A stretch of DNA of 64,000 bases from Candidatus Rifleibacteriota bacterium. Lineage in GTDB: Bacteria; Muiribacteriota; Ozemobacteria; Ozemobacterales; Ozemobacteraceae. Positions 29,721-37,864 of this stretch are shown piece after piece (positions within the stretch are counted from its first letter, which is position 1; each line of letters begins with the position of its first letter). The position numbers and the translations under genes are program-made. The stretch spans positions 25,823 to 89,822 of the forward strand of contig JAAYNI010000080.1 in assembly GCA_012520995.1 (NCBI GenBank). The letters are read 5' to 3'. The notes under the pieces were generated by a model that did not search any database, was not told the DNA's origin, and saw only the letters and a list, made by a program, of their open reading frames with translations.

Positions 29721-31826
29721 TTATTTTTTCTTGCCTTGTTTCATGGCTTGAAAAAGCAAGCTTTTAAAGCTCTCCAGCATGGCTGAGTAATCGTTGAGCT
29801 TTTTGAAGCTTTCAAAGGCACCTTTGCTCAATTCATTGTAAACTTCGGGCTTGGATATCTCTAATAGGCTTTTACGAAGAGCTTCTGCATTTTCAGAAGG
29901 AACCAAAAAGCCGGAAATGCTGTCTTCTACGATCTCTTTCACCCCGCCGACATCCGTGGCCACGCATGGAATACCAAAACGCATCGCCTCCAACAAACTC
30001 AGAGGAATTCCCTCCCCCAGTGACGGCAAAAGCGCCACATCCATATCTTTTAAAATGGTATCCGGATCTGTTACAAACCCGTGAAATATCAATTTATCTG
30101 CCAATGGACCTGAAGAAAAAAGCTCTTTTAGATATTTTTCTTCGGGACCAGAGCCTAGAATATGGATTTTATTAATTTTATCCAATAAAACATCATCCGA
30201 TTCAATAGCCTTAAGAGCCCATTCATGCCCCTTGTTTTTATGAAGCTTAGCCGTTATTGAAATATCCAGCTTGTCTTTTTTGAGATTTTTGAAACCTACG
30301 GGCAGTTTATCTATGCAATTTTTGATGACAGTAATTTTTGCAGCAGCCCCACCTTGCTGCTCCATATGCTTTTTAATAGCATCTGAAACGGCTATCAAAT
30401 GGTCGCAGTTCTCGTAATAGCTTTTTTTATTAAGACCATGTATATGAGCCAAAACAGGAGTTGCGGTCATTTTACCGGATAAAGAAGAGAAAAGAGCCGC
30501 CCTGTTGAGATGCGCGCTTATTATATCGGGACTGAAACGCAAAATATCAGTCAAAAGCCTCAATAAAAAGAAAATACCGCCTGCTTTGCCAGAAACGGCT
30601 GACACCTCTGCTCCAACAGCTTCCAAAGCTGACTTCAGAGGTTCTCCTTGGCAAGTTGCAGAAACATTAAAGCGACCATCATTTACAAGAGCTTTTATAA
30701 GACCAAGGGCAAGTCTTTCGCCTCCGCCCAGCTCTTTTGAAGAAATAGCAAAATGCACATTATATTTTTTGTCCGTCATTGCAACGTAAACTTCCCTGAT
30801 TCGTTTTATGGATTTTTCCCTGTCAAATTTTTCAACGAGAACTCTAAAAGCTTCATCAACAATGTGAGGCAAAAAGCTTTTGTTTTCAAGCGCAAAAATC
30901 AAAGTTTCTGCCATTGGAAGAGGCAGAGGCTCAAACAAGAGACCTGTTTTTCTGTCCGATATTATCTCTTTTATCCCGCCCAGATCTGATGCCGCAACAG
31001 GAACTCCAGACAAAATCGCCTCGCAAATATTTATGCCAAAACCTTCGTCGCGAGAAGGCGAGACCAATAAATCCAGACTTTTCAAAAATGCTGTTTTTTC
31101 AGAAACATGTCCCGCAAAAAAACAGTTTTCTTGTAATTTCAGATCGGCAACAAGGTCTTTCAAGGAAGCAAGCTCCTTGCCTTCACCTGCAATGACACAG
31201 CGAAATACATAGCCTCGCTCTTTGAGAATAGAACAAGCTTTTATCAAAATGTCCAAGCCTTTGACTTTGTGAAGCCTTGAGAGAGTTCCAAAAGTAAAAG
31301 GCTCCCCTGCCATCTCAGGTGATACAGCGGAAATATTTTCTATAAAAACTCCCGGATAAGTTACCTCATACTTATTGTCAGGCAAAAAGCTGGAAGTTGT
31401 AAAATAGGCTTGCCGCAAATAGTCGCTTGAAAAGAAAAAGTAGTCAGAATCTTTTCTGGTTAAGCTCTCCACAGTTTCATAAAGTTTGCTTTCTTTGCCG
31501 TGAATAGAAACGATATGTGGAATATCAAGAATCTTAGCGGCAAAACGGCTCAACAATGTGGCTCTGTAAAGATGCGAATGAATTATATCTGGCTTAAATT
31601 CTGTTAAAAGGCGTAAAAGCTTGAAAAAACTTGGAATATCGAGATATTTCTCGCCCAAGAGTTCAAAGGAAATTCCATTTTCAAGAAGAAAAGGCTCATA
31701 AGCTCCTCCTCTGAAAGCTATTACCAGAAGCTTATCGCCTCTGTCATGAAAGGCTTTAACCGCGGAGAGAGCAAAATCCTGAGCTCCGCCTGTTGTCAGG
31801 GCGTTAATTACAACAACAATACGCAT
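29721..31826 (-). CDS. Tandem double GT4 (GT-B) glycosyltransferase
   Basis: Two complete GT4 modules, each starting GGA/GGE and each with an E-x7-E motif (EGFGINICE; EGIPLSLLE). Confidence 0.9.
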   Translation of the reverse strand: MRIVVVINALTTGGAQDFALSAVKAFHDRGDKLLVIAFRGGAYEPFLLENGISFELLGEKYLDIPSFFKLLRLLTEFKPDIIHSHLYRATLLSRFAAKILDIPHIVSIHGKESKLYETVESLTRKDSDYFFFSSDYLRQAYFTTSSFLPDNKYEVTYPGVFIENISAVSPEMAGEPFTFGTLSRLHKVKGLDILIKACSILKERGYVFRCVIAGEGKELASLKDLVADLKLQENCFFAGHVSEKTAFLKSLDLLVSPSRDEGFGINICEAILSGVPVAASDLGGIKEIISDRKTGLLFEPLPLPMAETLIFALENKSFLPHIVDEAFRVLVEKFDREKSIKRIREVYVAMTDKKYNVHFAISSKELGGGERLALGLIKALVNDGRFNVSATCQGEPLKSALEAVGAEVSAVSGKAGGIFFLLRLLTDILRFSPDIISAHLNRAALFSSLSGKMTATPVLAHIHGLNKKSYYENCDHLIAVSDAIKKHMEQQGGAAAKITVIKNCIDKLPVGFKNLKKDKLDISITAKLHKNKGHEWALKAIESDDVLLDKINKIHILGSGPEEKYLKELFSSGPLADKLIFHGFVTDPDTILKDMDVALLPSLGEGIPLSLLEAMRFGIPCVATDVGGVKEIVEDSISGFLVPSENAEALRKSLLEISKPEVYNELSKGAFESFKKLNDYSAMLESFKSLLFQAMKQGKKK

Positions 31827-31900
31827 ATTACTATCATTCTGTGGTTACTAAATACTGCATTCATTTTTTTTATTCTAAGATTACGCGAACTTTTGAAAGA

Positions 31901-32427
31901 AGTGATGAGTGGCGGGTGACGAGTGGCGAGTGAAATTGTTTAGACAAACTTATTTATGTTTTTCAAACTTGCGATTAGCCTGTTCAATAATCGACTCACT
32001 TCCTCTGAAAGCCCCAATAGCTCCTGAACTGTAGCGGGATTAAGATACCCCAAACGCTTGGCTATAAAAATTTGGGTCTCTAGCTCTGCTTTGGGCCTCT
32101 AGCAATTGACAAAAAATTAAGAAATTCTGCTGTTGATTGTCTTGCCTGACCTTCTGCTATATTGGATGGAATAGAAATTGCTGAACGCCTGAGTTGACTG
32201 GTCAACACATAACGTTCTTCATCTGGATTTTTTTACTTGCCTTATATACTAGTTGCACTAAATCCATTGCCTTTTGCCAAACGATCAAATCTTGATAACT
32301 CTTAATTGCCACTATTTGGCTCCTCTCAACAAGGGATTTAATATTGATTTGATTTTTCCGTCAAGTCTTTGATTAATACAAGTTAAAACATTCCAACTCG
32401 CCACTCGCCACTCATCACTCGCCACTG
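31901..32427. mobile_element. Putative small cassette: inverted 7-mer repeat arms enclosing a four-helix-bundle gene (locus G)
   Basis: Left arm agtgatgagtggcgggtgacgagtggcgagtgaaattgtttag (31901-31943) and inverted right arm aaaacattccaactcgccactcgccactcatcactcgccactg (32385-32427). Mobility is inferred. Confidence 0.55.
31940..32312 (-). pseudogene. Four-helix-bundle protein (TIGR02436 / 23S rRNA-IVS protein / Avd-like) with two -1 frameshifts
   Basis: Not in the ORF track. AGGAG RBS and GTG at 32312. Manual reconstruction: [89 protein letters not shown]...LSEEVSRLLNRLIASL. Shifts near 32228 (T7 run) and near 32094; 373 bp plus 2 gives 125 codons. Confidence 0.9.
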
Positions 32428-32453
32428 ATGCAATGGCTACCGCCATTGCATCA
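32426..32453. terminator. Perfect 12-bp hairpin containing the dnaB stop codon
   Basis: tgatgcaatggc-tacc-gccattgcatca. No U-tract follows, so terminator function is uncertain. Confidence 0.45.
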
Positions 32454-33797
32454 TGGTTCCGTGTAGAAGGTTTCCAGAGTGTCGAACCTTGCGCAGGAAG
32501 AGTTAAAAGCCAATCTTACCGTTCCCACAGGGCCGTTTCTCTGTTTAGCTATAATAGCTTCTGCTTGGCCTTTTATGTCTTCTTTTTTTGGATTGTAATA
32601 TTCTTCTCTATACAAGAACATGACTACGTCGGCGTCCTGTTCTATAGCTCCTGATTCGCGCAAGTCTGAAAGCATCGGTCTTTTATCAGGGCGCGACTCC
32701 ACAGCTCTGGAAAGCTGCGAAAGACAAATAACAGGAACATTAAGCTCTCTCGCCAAACCTTTGAGGCTTCTGGAAATTGCTGATACCTCTTGCTGACGGC
32801 TCTCAGGCCTGTCTTGTCCAGACCAGGTAATGAGCTGCAAATAGTCTATTATTATAAGACCGATTTTCTCTTGAGCGAAAGCTCTTCTAGCCTTGCTTCG
32901 TATTTCCATCATGCTTGCGTTTGGCGTATCATCCAAAATAATTGGCGCTTCCGAAAGCACGCCCGAAGCCATAGAAAGTTTTCTCCACTCTTCATCGCTG
33001 ATATAGCCTCTGCGCAGCTTGGAACCGTCTACTCTGGCCTCGGAAGATAAAAGCCTTGTTACCAGTTGAGAATGCGACATTTCCAGAGAAAAAATCATTA
33101 CGGGAACATCTTTATAAGCGGCGTTGGCAGCTATATTCATAGCCATAGCGGTTTTTCCCATTGAAGGTCTTGCCGCAAGTATTACTAAATCAGAGGGCTG
33201 AAACCCTGCCGTATATTCATCTAAACGAGGAAAACCGCTAGTAACACCTGTAACGCTGGTTTTATTGTCATGCAGCTGCTCCAAGTGGTTAAAAGTCGGA
33301 ATGAGCAAATCCTTCAGTTTTTGATAAGGCTTAGTTACCTTGAATCTGCTCAGCTGCAATATTCGTTGTTCAGCCGTATCTATCAAAGGCTCGGCTTCAG
33401 CTTGAGGGTCATAAGCGGAATCTACTATTTCCGAAGAGACTGTTATCAGCCTGCGAAGCATTGCTTTTTCTTTTACAATCTTAGCATAGAACTCCGCATT
33501 CTTTGAGGTGGGTACAGCATTCAAAAGCTGTGAAAGATAGCTCAGTCCGCCAACCTCGGCCAGTTTTCCATTGGCTTTGAGCTGCTCTTGCAGAGTAACT
33601 ATATCACAAGGCTTTTGGGCAGCATAAAGAGCTGCAAGAGCCTTAAAAATTTCTCTATGAGAGACTTGATAAAAATCATCTTCAGAAATTACATCAAAAG
33701 CAGTTATAAAAGCCTCTTCACTCAGCATCATGGAGCCCAAGAGGGATTGCTCTGCATCCAGATTTTGAGGCGGAACCTTTTGAAAAAAATCAGCCAA
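32451..33797 (-). CDS. dnaB: Replicative DNA helicase
   Basis: PPQNLDAEQ, AARPSMGKT, IDYLQL, SQLSR, SDLRESGAIEQDAD, KQRNGP; no intein. Confidence 0.98.
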   Translation of the reverse strand: MADFFQKVPPQNLDAEQSLLGSMMLSEEAFITAFDVISEDDFYQVSHREIFKALAALYAAQKPCDIVTLQEQLKANGKLAEVGGLSYLSQLLNAVPTSKNAEFYAKIVKEKAMLRRLITVSSEIVDSAYDPQAEAEPLIDTAEQRILQLSRFKVTKPYQKLKDLLIPTFNHLEQLHDNKTSVTGVTSGFPRLDEYTAGFQPSDLVILAARPSMGKTAMAMNIAANAAYKDVPVMIFSLEMSHSQLVTRLLSSEARVDGSKLRRGYISDEEWRKLSMASGVLSEAPIILDDTPNASMMEIRSKARRAFAQEKIGLIIIDYLQLITWSGQDRPESRQQEVSAISRSLKGLARELNVPVICLSQLSRAVESRPDKRPMLSDLRESGAIEQDADVVMFLYREEYYNPKKEDIKGQAEAIIAKQRNGPVGTVRLAFNSSCARFDTLETFYTEP

Positions 33798-33825
33798 AAT
33801 TTAAACTCCCGCTAAATACATTGAA

Positions 33826-34020
33826 CAGTGAACAGTGGACTGAATGAACCAGTGATGAGTGGCGAGTGGTGCGTGAGAACCAACCAACAGCTATAACAGC
33901 CCGTTCTATCCACAGATTACACAGATGACACAGATAAAAAAGCAACAACCTTTACACACACAGAACACACGGACAGACTCCAACAGGCTAAAAATTACGC
34001 CAAAACTTCGTTTTTTGCCA
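33826..34020. repeat. Intergenic repeat-arm locus H
   Basis: cagtgatgagtggcgagtggtgcgtg (33850-33875) is an exact 26-bp inverted copy of 15160-15185. Also ctatccacagattacacagatgacacagat (33906-33935), cacacagaacacacgga, and ctaaaaattacgccaaaacttcgttttttgcca (33988-34020), whose inverted near-copy is at 37145-37183. Confidence 0.9.
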
Positions 34021-34081
34021 GTCTCCGATTAAAGCGAGGTCTTTATTAAATAAATTTGCTGAAGACCTGCATTTCAAGGAA

Positions 34082-34118
34082 AAGCCCTCTATTGCCTAAA
34101 AAAGACTTAAGAGGGCTT
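34082..34118. terminator. Possible hairpin downstream of rplI
   Basis: aagccctct-N19-agagggctt, followed on the minus strand by a short T run. Confidence 0.35.
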
Positions 34119-34145
34119 GATTAGTACTGTCAGAAAAGAATGATG

Positions 34146-34595
34146 TTAATCTTCTTCCGCAACTACTACTAAGTTGAAATCAGCCTTAACATCGCCAGGC
34201 AATCTGAGTGAAATCTCATGTATGCCGACTTCTTTAATGTGGTCAGCAGCTATGAGCTTCTTATCTAAGATTGCTCCGGTAGCTTTGTTGATAGCTTCAG
34301 CCAGTTCAGCGTTGGTGACAGAACCGAAAAGTTTGCCTTTTTCGCCGGCTTTTTTGGCTATTGTAATGTTTAAGCCATTAAGCTTTTCAGCCAATGTTTC
34401 ATACTGTTTATGAACTGCTTCAGCTTGTTTTTCCCATGATTTTCTGACCAGCTCCAAATTGCGTTTGGCGCCTTCAGTAGCGGGAACAGCATAATTTCTG
34501 GGGAAAAGAAAATTTCTTGCGTAACCGGGGGCGACTCTCTTAATTTCGCCTTTTTCTGCAACCCGGGGAACTGTATTTACAAACAGGACTTCCAT
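34146..34595 (-). CDS. rplI: 50S ribosomal protein L9
   Basis: VAPGYARNFLFP, KLFGSVT motifs. Confidence 0.97.
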   Translation of the reverse strand: MEVLFVNTVPRVAEKGEIKRVAPGYARNFLFPRNYAVPATEGAKRNLELVRKSWEKQAEAVHKQYETLAEKLNGLNITIAKKAGEKGKLFGSVTNAELAEAINKATGAILDKKLIAADHIKEVGIHEISLRLPGDVKADFNLVVVAEED

Positions 34596-34615
34596 TTTTA
34601 TTCTCCTAAGTCGTG

Positions 34616-35680
34616 TTAATAATAAAAGTTATCAGGGTAATTGCCGCTGTTGTCTTCCAGAGGAGGCTCCGGCAAAGCGGGCTTCCTGAAATTCAACCAA
34701 ATATCCATTATTCCAACCATAGGAAAAATGGAAGCAGCAAAAGGTAATATAGCCACAACTATAGCGACCCTGAGGAAAAAGTGTCTGATAATTTTGCTCA
34801 AACCGTAAAGCACAATAGAAAAACCGGCAACCTCGAAAACAATCATGCCCATAGCAATCATGTTCATAGCAGCGATTCCTGTATGAGTATCTCTTTCAGG
34901 AGAAGTTTTGGAAGCGTATAAATAAACAGCCATGCCTACAATAACAAACCATACGAAATTCCAATTGAATTCCCAATTTTGAAACATACTCAAAGGCTTG
35001 ATACCAGCAAGCTGCGATTTGGCCGCTGCCAAAACCATGAGATTATAAAGCAGATATATTCCCAAGGCATAAAATATAAAGAAAGCCGAAGGCAACATTT
35101 TCAAAGCCATAGTCAATACGTTATCAGTCTTAGCAACCATCTCAGCATGTTCTTTTTCTATTTCGGAAGAGCGTTCAGGATAAAGCTTCAAAGCCTGATC
35201 CCTGGTCTTTTCCATACTGGCCAAAACACTGAGCCCCATGGATTCTCTCTGTTTCTTCATGCCCTGCTCGCCTTCCGACAAAAAGAGCAAAAGGGAAACT
35301 GCAACCGCGGAAACAATAGCAGCCCCCGCAATAGCATCCAATGGTTCAAGTTTGACCCGTAAAAAGAACAAAAGAGAAGTTGCAGGAACAAAAACAAAAT
35401 TTAAAAGAAAGCCCAGTCCGCCAAAACCTTCTGTCGCTTTAAGCGAAGCAAAAAAAGCCACTATGGCGAAAAAGCCGTAATAGTAAATTCCGTTTTTTTC
35501 GGTAACAGCATTAACAAGAACAGTGGTGATCACCACCAGCATAACTCCTACACCCAAAATTCCTGCCAGCATCGCATCGCTAAAACAGACTTTGTATCCT
35601 AATGCGAAAAGCAATGCTTTGAGCAATATTGTCAGAAAAATTTGGACTTTGTCGTTCTGCATTTTTATAGCCTTCAGCAA
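34616..35680 (-). CDS. YybS/DUF2232-family membrane protein
   Basis: Multi-TM protein ending GIMDIWLNFRK; canonical position between rpsR and rplI. ATG 35662 is an alternative start. Confidence 0.75.
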   Translation of the reverse strand: MLKAIKMQNDKVQIFLTILLKALLFALGYKVCFSDAMLAGILGVGVMLVVITTVLVNAVTEKNGIYYYGFFAIVAFFASLKATEGFGGLGFLLNFVFVPATSLLFFLRVKLEPLDAIAGAAIVSAVAVSLLLFLSEGEQGMKKQRESMGLSVLASMEKTRDQALKLYPERSSEIEKEHAEMVAKTDNVLTMALKMLPSAFFIFYALGIYLLYNLMVLAAAKSQLAGIKPLSMFQNWEFNWNFVWFVIVGMAVYLYASKTSPERDTHTGIAAMNMIAMGMIVFEVAGFSIVLYGLSKIIRHFFLRVAIVVAILPFAASIFPMVGIMDIWLNFRKPALPEPPLEDNSGNYPDNFYY

Positions 35681-35735
35681 GAATCAAAACTCAAAGAAAC
35701 TTCAAATTCTAATTCTTGTTCTTTAAATCAACCAG

Positions 35736-35966
35736 TTAGATATTGCCTGTAAAGGGCAACAGAGCCATATTTCTAGCACGCTTGATTGCGGTTGTCAGAT
35801 GTTTCTGATGAGCTGAGCAAGTTCCCGTGGAGCGTCTCCCGGAGATTTTGCCTCTGTCGTTAATATACCTTTTAAGGCGGTTTGTGTCTTTGTAATCAAT
35901 GAATTCTACTTTATCTTTGCAAAAGTGACATATTTTTCTATGTCTTCTTCTTCTAAATTCTGCCAT
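35736..35966 (-). CDS. rpsR: 30S ribosomal protein S18 (zinc-binding form)
   Basis: [31 protein letters not shown]. Confidence 0.98.
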   Translation of the reverse strand: MAEFRRRRHRKICHFCKDKVEFIDYKDTNRLKRYINDRGKISGRRSTGTCSAHQKHLTTAIKRARNMALLPFTGNI

Positions 35967-35999
35967 TTTTTATTTTTCCTCCATAAATAAGCTGCTTAA

Positions 36000-36425
36000 T
36001 CAGAAGGGGACTGTATCGTCGTCTTCTTCAGCAGCAACAAAATCGGCGGCAAATCCGGCCGAATCGTCATCGCGATAATCGCCTCTGTCCGAAGCTGAAG
36101 ACAGGAACTGAACATTGTCTGCGACAATTTCAGTGAAGGTGCGCTTCTGCCCGTCCTGAGTTTCGTAACTTCTGTTTTGCAATCTTCCTTCCACGAGAGC
36201 GGAACGACCCTTGGAGAGATATTTCGCGCAGTTCTCGCCCGCTCTGCCCCATACTACTATGTTGAAGAAGTTGGTGTCGCGCTTGAACTCACCGTCAGCT
36301 CCTTTATAGCTGCGATTAACAGCCAAAGAAAAGTGGGCGACAGAAGTGCCCTGAGCTGTATGTCTCAATTCAGGATCTCTGGTTAGATTGCCAATAAGAA
36401 AAACCTTGTTCAAATTTGCGGCCAT
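36000..36425 (-). CDS. ssb: Single-stranded DNA-binding protein
   Basis: NKVFLIGNLTRDPELR, VEGRLQNRSY, acidic tail ending VPF. Confidence 0.98.
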   Translation of the reverse strand: MAANLNKVFLIGNLTRDPELRHTAQGTSVAHFSLAVNRSYKGADGEFKRDTNFFNIVVWGRAGENCAKYLSKGRSALVEGRLQNRSYETQDGQKRTFTEIVADNVQFLSSASDRGDYRDDDSAGFAADFVAAEEDDDTVPF

Positions 36426-36426
36426 G

Positions 36427-36714
36427 TCATTCGCCTCTGACAGTGGTCATGAATCTAAGAATCGTCTGGTTGATAAGGTAGGTGCGCTCCAGTTCTTTGA
36501 GAGAATCAGGATTGCCTTTGAAGTTGACGAGAACGTAATTGCCTTCGTTGAATTTGTTAACAGGATAAGCCAAAGGTCTTTTGCCCCACTTGTCAACCTT
36601 CTCGATCTGACCGCCGTTTTTAGTTATGGCGGTTTCCACTTTGGAAATCAATTGTTCCAGATTTTCTTCGCTCATTTCCGGATCTGTGAAAAATAAAGTT
36701 TCATAAGGTTTCAC
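36427..36714 (-). CDS. rpsF: 30S ribosomal protein S6
   Basis: KPYETLFF, WGKRPLAYPV, ILRFMT. Start moved to GTG 36714 behind a GGAGG RBS. Confidence 0.96.
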   Translation of the reverse strand: MKPYETLFFTDPEMSEENLEQLISKVETAITKNGGQIEKVDKWGKRPLAYPVNKFNEGNYVLVNFKGNPDSLKELERTYLINQTILRFMTTVRGE

Positions 36715-36723
36715 TTGTTTGAA

Positions 36724-36778
36724 AACCTCCCTTCGGATAATTTCAGCCTTCGGCAATAAGCCGAAAGCAGGGTAGCGA
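36724..36778 (-). ncRNA. Candidate S6:S18 ribosomal leader (cis-regulatory RNA)
   Basis: Minus strand ...gcta-CCC-t-gctttcggc-ttatt-gccgaaggc...-GGGAGG: a CCC element, a 9-bp hairpin (36746-36768) and the rpsF RBS, the known layout of S6:S18 leaders. Confidence 0.55.
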
Positions 36779-36780
36779 AT

Positions 36781-36809
36781 ATTCTATCATGAATTTTCGG
36801 CAAAATCAA
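36781..36809 (-). promoter_or_regulatory. Sigma70-type promoter of the rpsF operon
   Basis: TTGATT-N17-TAGAAT with extended -10 TGn on the minus strand, just upstream of the leader. Confidence 0.6.
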
Positions 36810-36825
36810 TATGTACATAAAAGAA

Positions 36826-37393
36826 AGGGCGTAGTGGCTAGGGAGTAGAGAGTAGAAAATACGACAACTATCCACAGATTACACAGATGAAAGACCAAAA
36901 ACTTCTAAAAACCACGTAACAAAAAGAACGAAAAAATTTTCAAAACCCTTTTATAAACCACAGAACACACCTTAAAAACAGCGATTGTAGATAGAAAGGG
37001 CAACGAACAAGCAGTGGTGAGTGGCGAGCAAAAAACATCAAGACGTAGGGCTTCAATGAATTAGAAATTAGAAATTAGAAATGAATGTTTAAAACTCAAT
37101 TGCTAGACTAATAAATGCTTTGCAATTACTTTTCTAGTTTTTAATGGCAAAATCGAAAACGAAGTTTTGGCTTATTTTTTAGCATTGTCAATGCTGACTC
37201 CCGGATATTGCTTCTAACCCGCCACTCGCCACGCGGCACTGCTTTTTAAGCTAGCTTAAAAAGACTATCTGTGTAATCTGTGGATAATATGTCTTTGGAG
37301 TTTTTCCGTGTATTCCGTGTGTTCTGTGGTTCAATAAAGGTTTCTGAGGTTTTTCGTATTTTTCGTGTGTTTCGTGTGTTTCGTGGTTGAAAA
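36826..37393. repeat. Intergenic repeat-arm locus I (largest; five left arms, central TTAGAAA array, four right arms)
   Basis: For example tatccacagattacacagat (36869-36888) and its exact 20-bp inverse (37267-37286); ttagaaattagaaattagaaat (37061-37082); 22-bp palindrome at 37242-37263. Confidence 0.92.
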
Positions 37394-37401
37394 AAAGGCC
37401 T

Positions 37402-37863
37402 TCAGAGTTGTTTGACCACCAAGTGCCGGGTTTCTTTCTTAACCGGATGGCTGCCCAAATCAGCTTTTTTTTCAAAGCCGAATTTACGGATATACAATTC
37501 CTTGAGAGCAACATTCTCAGGATTCATAGTCAAGGAAAGCGACGCAAAACCCTTATCTTTCAAAATCTCCACAACCTTGTTCAAGAGAAAAGTGGCACAG
37601 CCACGTCTGGAAAAATCAGGATGTACTGCCAAACTGAAAAGAACCGCATCCAGCTTTTCCGAAGGCAACGCGTAAAGCACAATAGCCTCAGCCACAATGC
37701 GGCCATCAATGGAAACACAATAAAGCGAATCGCCACGGGCGAAAAGCGAAATATTGAAAACTGACAGACCATCGACACCAAAAGCCGCCTGCTCAATCTC
37801 TTCAACCTGCTCAAGCTTTGCCCAATCCTGAGGAGCAGGCATTATCAGACGCATTTCGCTCAT
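37402..37863 (-). CDS. GNAT-family N-acetyltransferase
   Basis: SLAVHPDFSRRGCATFLL acetyl-CoA motif, N-x-x-A-like segment, KFGF. Confidence 0.8.
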   Translation of the reverse strand: MSEMRLIMPAPQDWAKLEQVEEIEQAAFGVDGLSVFNISLFARGDSLYCVSIDGRIVAEAIVLYALPSEKLDAVLFSLAVHPDFSRRGCATFLLNKVVEILKDKGFASLSLTMNPENVALKELYIRKFGFEKKADLGSHPVKKETRHLVVKQL

Positions 37864-37864
37864 G

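Noticed and set aside
31940-32312. Diversity-generating retroelement, suggested by the Avd-like fold
   Set aside because: No reverse transcriptase and no TR/VR pair differing at adenines were seen in the window.
36868-37287. Replication origin, suggested by DnaA boxes and an AT-rich centre near dnaB
   Set aside because: The boxes are parts of dispersed arms found at many loci, only one here is perfect, and dnaA/dnaN are absent.
36826-37393. Possible CRISPR array
   Set aside because: No constant 23-47 bp repeat with regular unique spacers, the arms are inverted and of different classes, and no cas genes are present.
37251-37514. 87-aa minus-strand ORF with HETHETHEKYEK
   Set aside because: It is a translation of the 9-mer repeat arms and overlaps the GNAT gene; not a credible protein.
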